From Candidatus Spongiisociaceae bacterium (GTDB lineage Bacteria > Actinomycetota > Acidimicrobiia > Spongiisociales > Spongiisociaceae): a stretch of DNA of 64,000 nucleotides. The position numbers and the translations under genes were made by a program. Location of the stretch: positions 3,936,001-4,000,000 of the forward strand of contig CBDCOH010000002.1 of NCBI GenBank assembly GCA_965219685.1, written 5' to 3'. Positions 61,019 through 64,000 of the stretch are shown here, one piece after another. The number at the start of each line of letters is the position of its first letter. Positions within the stretch are counted from its first letter, which is position 1. The notes under the pieces were generated by a model. That model did not search any database and had not been told where the DNA came from. It was given only the letters and a program-made list of their open reading frames with translations.

Positions 61019-61407
61019 CGCCGCACCGCGGAGCTGATCAGCGGAGCAGGGGCGACTCCGACTTTCCAGGTCGATTGGGAAACGAACCTGGCATCGATTG
61101 GGTGCATTACCGCGGTGGGATTCCGACTCGTGGCCGGGCGGTTGCTGTGTCTCATCTCACCATCCCCAAGGTCTGACTTATGCCAATCTAGTCGATATTC
61201 ACCGTTAGTCAACCATAGGTATGTCGCTCTCAGACGATCCCACTTCCTGATTGACTTTGATAACCCCTTTTCCAACCCGCGCTTCATCAGAAGAGACGGA
61301 CCATGCTCCGGAGAGATGTCCCCGACAGCTACGTGTCGCCGGAGCAGGCCGAACAGGTCTACGGCGTCAAAGTGGACCCGGACGGAACCGCCGCCAAAGT
61401 GCCGGCA

Positions 61408-61498
61408 ACTCACCATTCACCATTCACCATTCACCACTCACCATTCACCATTCACCACTCACCACTCACCACTCACCACTCACCACTCACCATCCACT
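61408..61498 (+). repeat. Heptamer array (CACCATT/CACCACT)n, about 12 units
   Basis: Reverse complement of the 59174-59223 array. Confidence 0.95.
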
Positions 61499-61540
61499 CG
61501 GTTATGATGGCCGTTCCCCCGATCGGAGTAGGAGGAGTCC

Positions 61541-62953
61541 ATGTCACGGAGAAACCGTGTATTTAGCTCGCGAGGAGGATCGCCACGCAAGTGGAGGTTC
61601 CTAGCGTTGCTGGCAGCCCTGTCGCTGGTTGCCTTCGCGTGCGGTGACGGCGGCGAGGCGGACGAGGCCGCCGCAGAAGCGGCTGCGGCGCAGGCTCAGG
61701 CTGCGGCTGCTGAGGCGGAGGCTTCTGCAGCGCAGGCCGCGGCAGAAGCGGCCCAGGCTGACGCCGATGCGGCTGCCGCGGCGCTGGAGCAGGCTCAAGC
61801 AGATCTGGAAGCTGCCCAGTCTTCGGCTGCCGAGGCTATGGAGGGTGACGAGGCTTCCCAGGCGGCGCTTGCCGAGGCGGAGGCTGCCCTCGAAGATGCC
61901 CAGATGATGGCCGAAGATGCCCAGATGATGGCCGAAGAAGCCATGGAGGGTGATGAGGCTTCCCAGGCGGCGCTTGCCGAGGCGGAGGCTGCCCTCGAAG
62001 AGGCCCAGATGATGCTCGACGAGGCGATGGCGGAGCCGGAGAGCAAGGGCACCATCGCGTTCAGCTACGGCAATGAGGGGTCTGGTATCTACCCGATCGT
62101 CGCCGATCCGGCCAGGCTGGAGGCTGAGAGGCGCGGTTACGAGTGGGTCGAGGGCTCGGCCAACGGTGACTGCGAGAAGCAGGTCCAGGACATGGAGGGC
62201 TTCGTGGCCGCCGGCGTCGACGCCATCGTGTTCCTCCCCTTGTGCGGTGTCGATCCGTACCTGCCCGTGGTCCAGTCGGCCAAGGATGCCGGGATCGTCA
62301 TAGTCGGCTACTCGACGGCTATCCCCGGTGGCGACTCGTCGATCGTCTACGCCAACATCGACGGAGCCCGTGCGGTGGCGGCCGAGGCTCTCCGCTGGTT
62401 GGAAGAGGACTTCACCGGTGACCCGGCGACCTTCTCCTGGGCGCTGTTCACCTTCGACCAGTGCGGTATGGCCTGCACCGACCGTACCGATCCGATCCGC
62501 CAGATCATCACCGAGGCGACCGGCGTGGCGCCCCTCGAGGCGGAGTCTGTTGCCGAGGCCAGCGGGCTGGAAGCGACGGAGACCTTCCTGCAGGCCGACC
62601 CGGGCCTCAACATGGTCATCGGGATCAACGACGCCGGAGCGCTCGGCGCCTATCAGGCGTTCGTGGCGCAGATCGAGCAGGACGGCAGGGACCCGGGTGA
62701 GGTCTTCGTCGGCGGAATGGACGGGCAGAACGAGGCCTTGGAACTGCTGGCCGGCGCCGATGAGTACGGCATCTACCGCGTCTCGGGCGCCTTGATCCTC
62801 GACCAGTTGGGCAAGGCGGTCGCAGACCTGCCCGCGAACATCCTGGAAGGGCAGCCGCCCACGAGCCTCGTGCTCAACTACGTGGCAATCACTCCGGGTA
62901 TGGCGAGCTTCGCGCAGCAGGTGCTGGACAACTACGCGGAATTCCTGGGCTAG
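61541..62953 (+). CDS. Sugar ABC transporter substrate-binding lipoprotein (RbsB-like) with Ala/Glu-rich stalk
   Basis: Lipobox AFAC; GVDAIV, A..AGI.IV, GINDAGALGA, VGGMDG. Confidence 0.9.
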   Translation: MSRRNRVFSSRGGSPRKWRFLALLAALSLVAFACGDGGEADEAAAEAAAAQAQAAAAEAEASAAQAAAEAAQADADAAAAALEQAQADLEAAQSSAAEAMEGDEASQAALAEAEAALEDAQMMAEDAQMMAEEAMEGDEASQAALAEAEAALEEAQMMLDEAMAEPESKGTIAFSYGNEGSGIYPIVADPARLEAERRGYEWVEGSANGDCEKQVQDMEGFVAAGVDAIVFLPLCGVDPYLPVVQSAKDAGIVIVGYSTAIPGGDSSIVYANIDGARAVAAEALRWLEEDFTGDPATFSWALFTFDQCGMACTDRTDPIRQIITEATGVAPLEAESVAEASGLEATETFLQADPGLNMVIGINDAGALGAYQAFVAQIEQDGRDPGEVFVGGMDGQNEALELLAGADEYGIYRVSGALILDQLGKAVADLPANILEGQPPTSLVLNYVAITPGMASFAQQVLDNYAEFLG

Positions 62954-63058
62954 ATCACCAGGTCAGGTATTCGGGGCGGTCGGCGAGTGGTGCGAGAACG
63001 CATGCTCGTCGGCCGCCTCGCTTGTTCAGGTGAAGATCATTAGCGGGATCGGGATCTG

Positions 63059-64000
63059 ATGCCCCGACGTGAGCCTGTGGGCCTGCGTTCGCGAGCCGCG
63101 TCCCTGTTGGGGGACAACCAGCAGGAGATCGCAGGTACCTGGGCCAAGATCCTGCGCAACGGGATCGTCGGGGCGCTGGTGGTCGAGGTCGTCTTCTTCG
63201 CCATCTTCTCGGACCGGTTCCTCACCGTGTCGAACTTCCGGCTGGTCCTGTTGCAGACCGCGGTCATCGCCACGCTCGCCATACCGAGCGCGCTGCTCCT
63301 GATGGCCGGGTACGTGGACTTTGCGATCGGTTCGATCACCGGCCTGTGTGCTGTTCTCCTCGGAAAGCTCTTGGGAACCATGGGGATCGTGCCCGCCCTG
63401 ATCATCACCGTGCTGATCGGCCTGGCGGTCGGCGCCGCGCAAGGGATCCTCTCCTCCCCGCTGGGGTTGTCCCCGATCGTGGTAACCCTGGGCTTCTTCA
63501 CGGGGGTTCGTGGAGTGGTGTTCGTCGTGAGCGAGGGACGGACGGCGTCCGGGTTCGGCGACACGTTCGCCATCATCGGTCGGGGTCGGGTCCGGTGGCT
63601 GGAGATACCCGTCCCGGTCGCCATTGCTGCGGTGACCGTGCTACTCGGTGCGATATTCCTCTACAAGACCAGATGGGGTCGCTACGTCGTGGCGATCGGC
63701 GTCAACGCGAGAGCGGCGTTCAGGGCAGGGATCAGGATCCAGGCGATTCCCGTTTACCTCTACATGGCCACGGGCGCGGGGAGCGCAGTGGGGGCAATGA
63801 TCCTTGTCTCGAGGCTCGACGCAGCGCCACCGCTCACGGGGGAGGGTCTCGAGTTGAACGTGCTCAGCGCGGTGCTGCTCGGCGGGGTGGCCTTCGGCGG
63901 CGGGCGGGGGTCGCTGGTCGGGGTGATTGCCGGTGTCCTGTTCGTCGGACTCCTGAACAACGGCCTCCTGCTGTTCGGTGTGGCCCCGTTCTGGTTCCGC
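63059..64000 (+). CDS. Sugar ABC transporter permease (RbsC-like), 3' end outside window
   Basis: FLTVSN, G.VDFAIGS, TRWGR.VVAIG.N..AA..AGI, ELNVLSAVLLGG..F.GGRG. Confidence 0.92.
   Translation, partial: MPRREPVGLRSRAASLLGDNQQEIAGTWAKILRNGIVGALVVEVVFFAIFSDRFLTVSNFRLVLLQTAVIATLAIPSALLLMAGYVDFAIGSITGLCAVLLGKLLGTMGIVPALIITVLIGLAVGAAQGILSSPLGLSPIVVTLGFFTGVRGVVFVVSEGRTASGFGDTFAIIGRGRVRWLEIPVPVAIAAVTVLLGAIFLYKTRWGRYVVAIGVNARAAFRAGIRIQAIPVYLYMATGAGSAVGAMILVSRLDAAPPLTGEGLELNVLSAVLLGGVAFGGGRGSLVGVIAGVLFVGLLNNGLLLFGVAPFWFR

Larger units (their letters stand above)
60072..61393. repeat. Tandem duplication of a 620-640 bp composite unit
   Basis: Unit 1 about 60072-60693, unit 2 about 60752-61393; long near-identical runs. 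Confidence 0.93.

Overview
High-GC actinobacterial chromosome segment. SLH/SpoIID, F420 nitroreductase, Fn3-like, TolB/PD40, Cache and TRAP proteins suggest an Acidimicrobiia-like organism, possibly a sponge symbiont (inference, not searched). The ends (1-13 kb, 55-64 kb) are catabolic: two NicX-like 2,5-dihydroxypyridine dioxygenases, a proline racemase/P5C dehydrogenase/FAD oxidoreductase cluster, hydrolases and a sugar ABC transporter. The middle (about 15-55 kb) is a decaying defence and toxin-antitoxin island. It holds a truncated Ssp-type phosphorothioation operon (IscS, DUF4007, ATPase), an intact Shedu (DUF4263) nuclease, broken PsyrTA/RqlHI (RecQ-PRTase + DprA), a RosmerTA-like pair, about 15 intact or ruined TA-like modules and IS21-type ends. 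Best candidates for undescribed biology: (1) an intact, translationally coupled TIGR04255 + HTH + PemK/MazF-like operon with an operator palindrome; (2) polarised heptamer tandem arrays that start at stop codons and bracket intergenic spacers or cargo; (3) a low-GC HAD phosphatase + 6-TM membrane protein cassette; (4) recurrent small protein + retropepsin pairs. All family calls come from motif recognition by eye; no searches were run.
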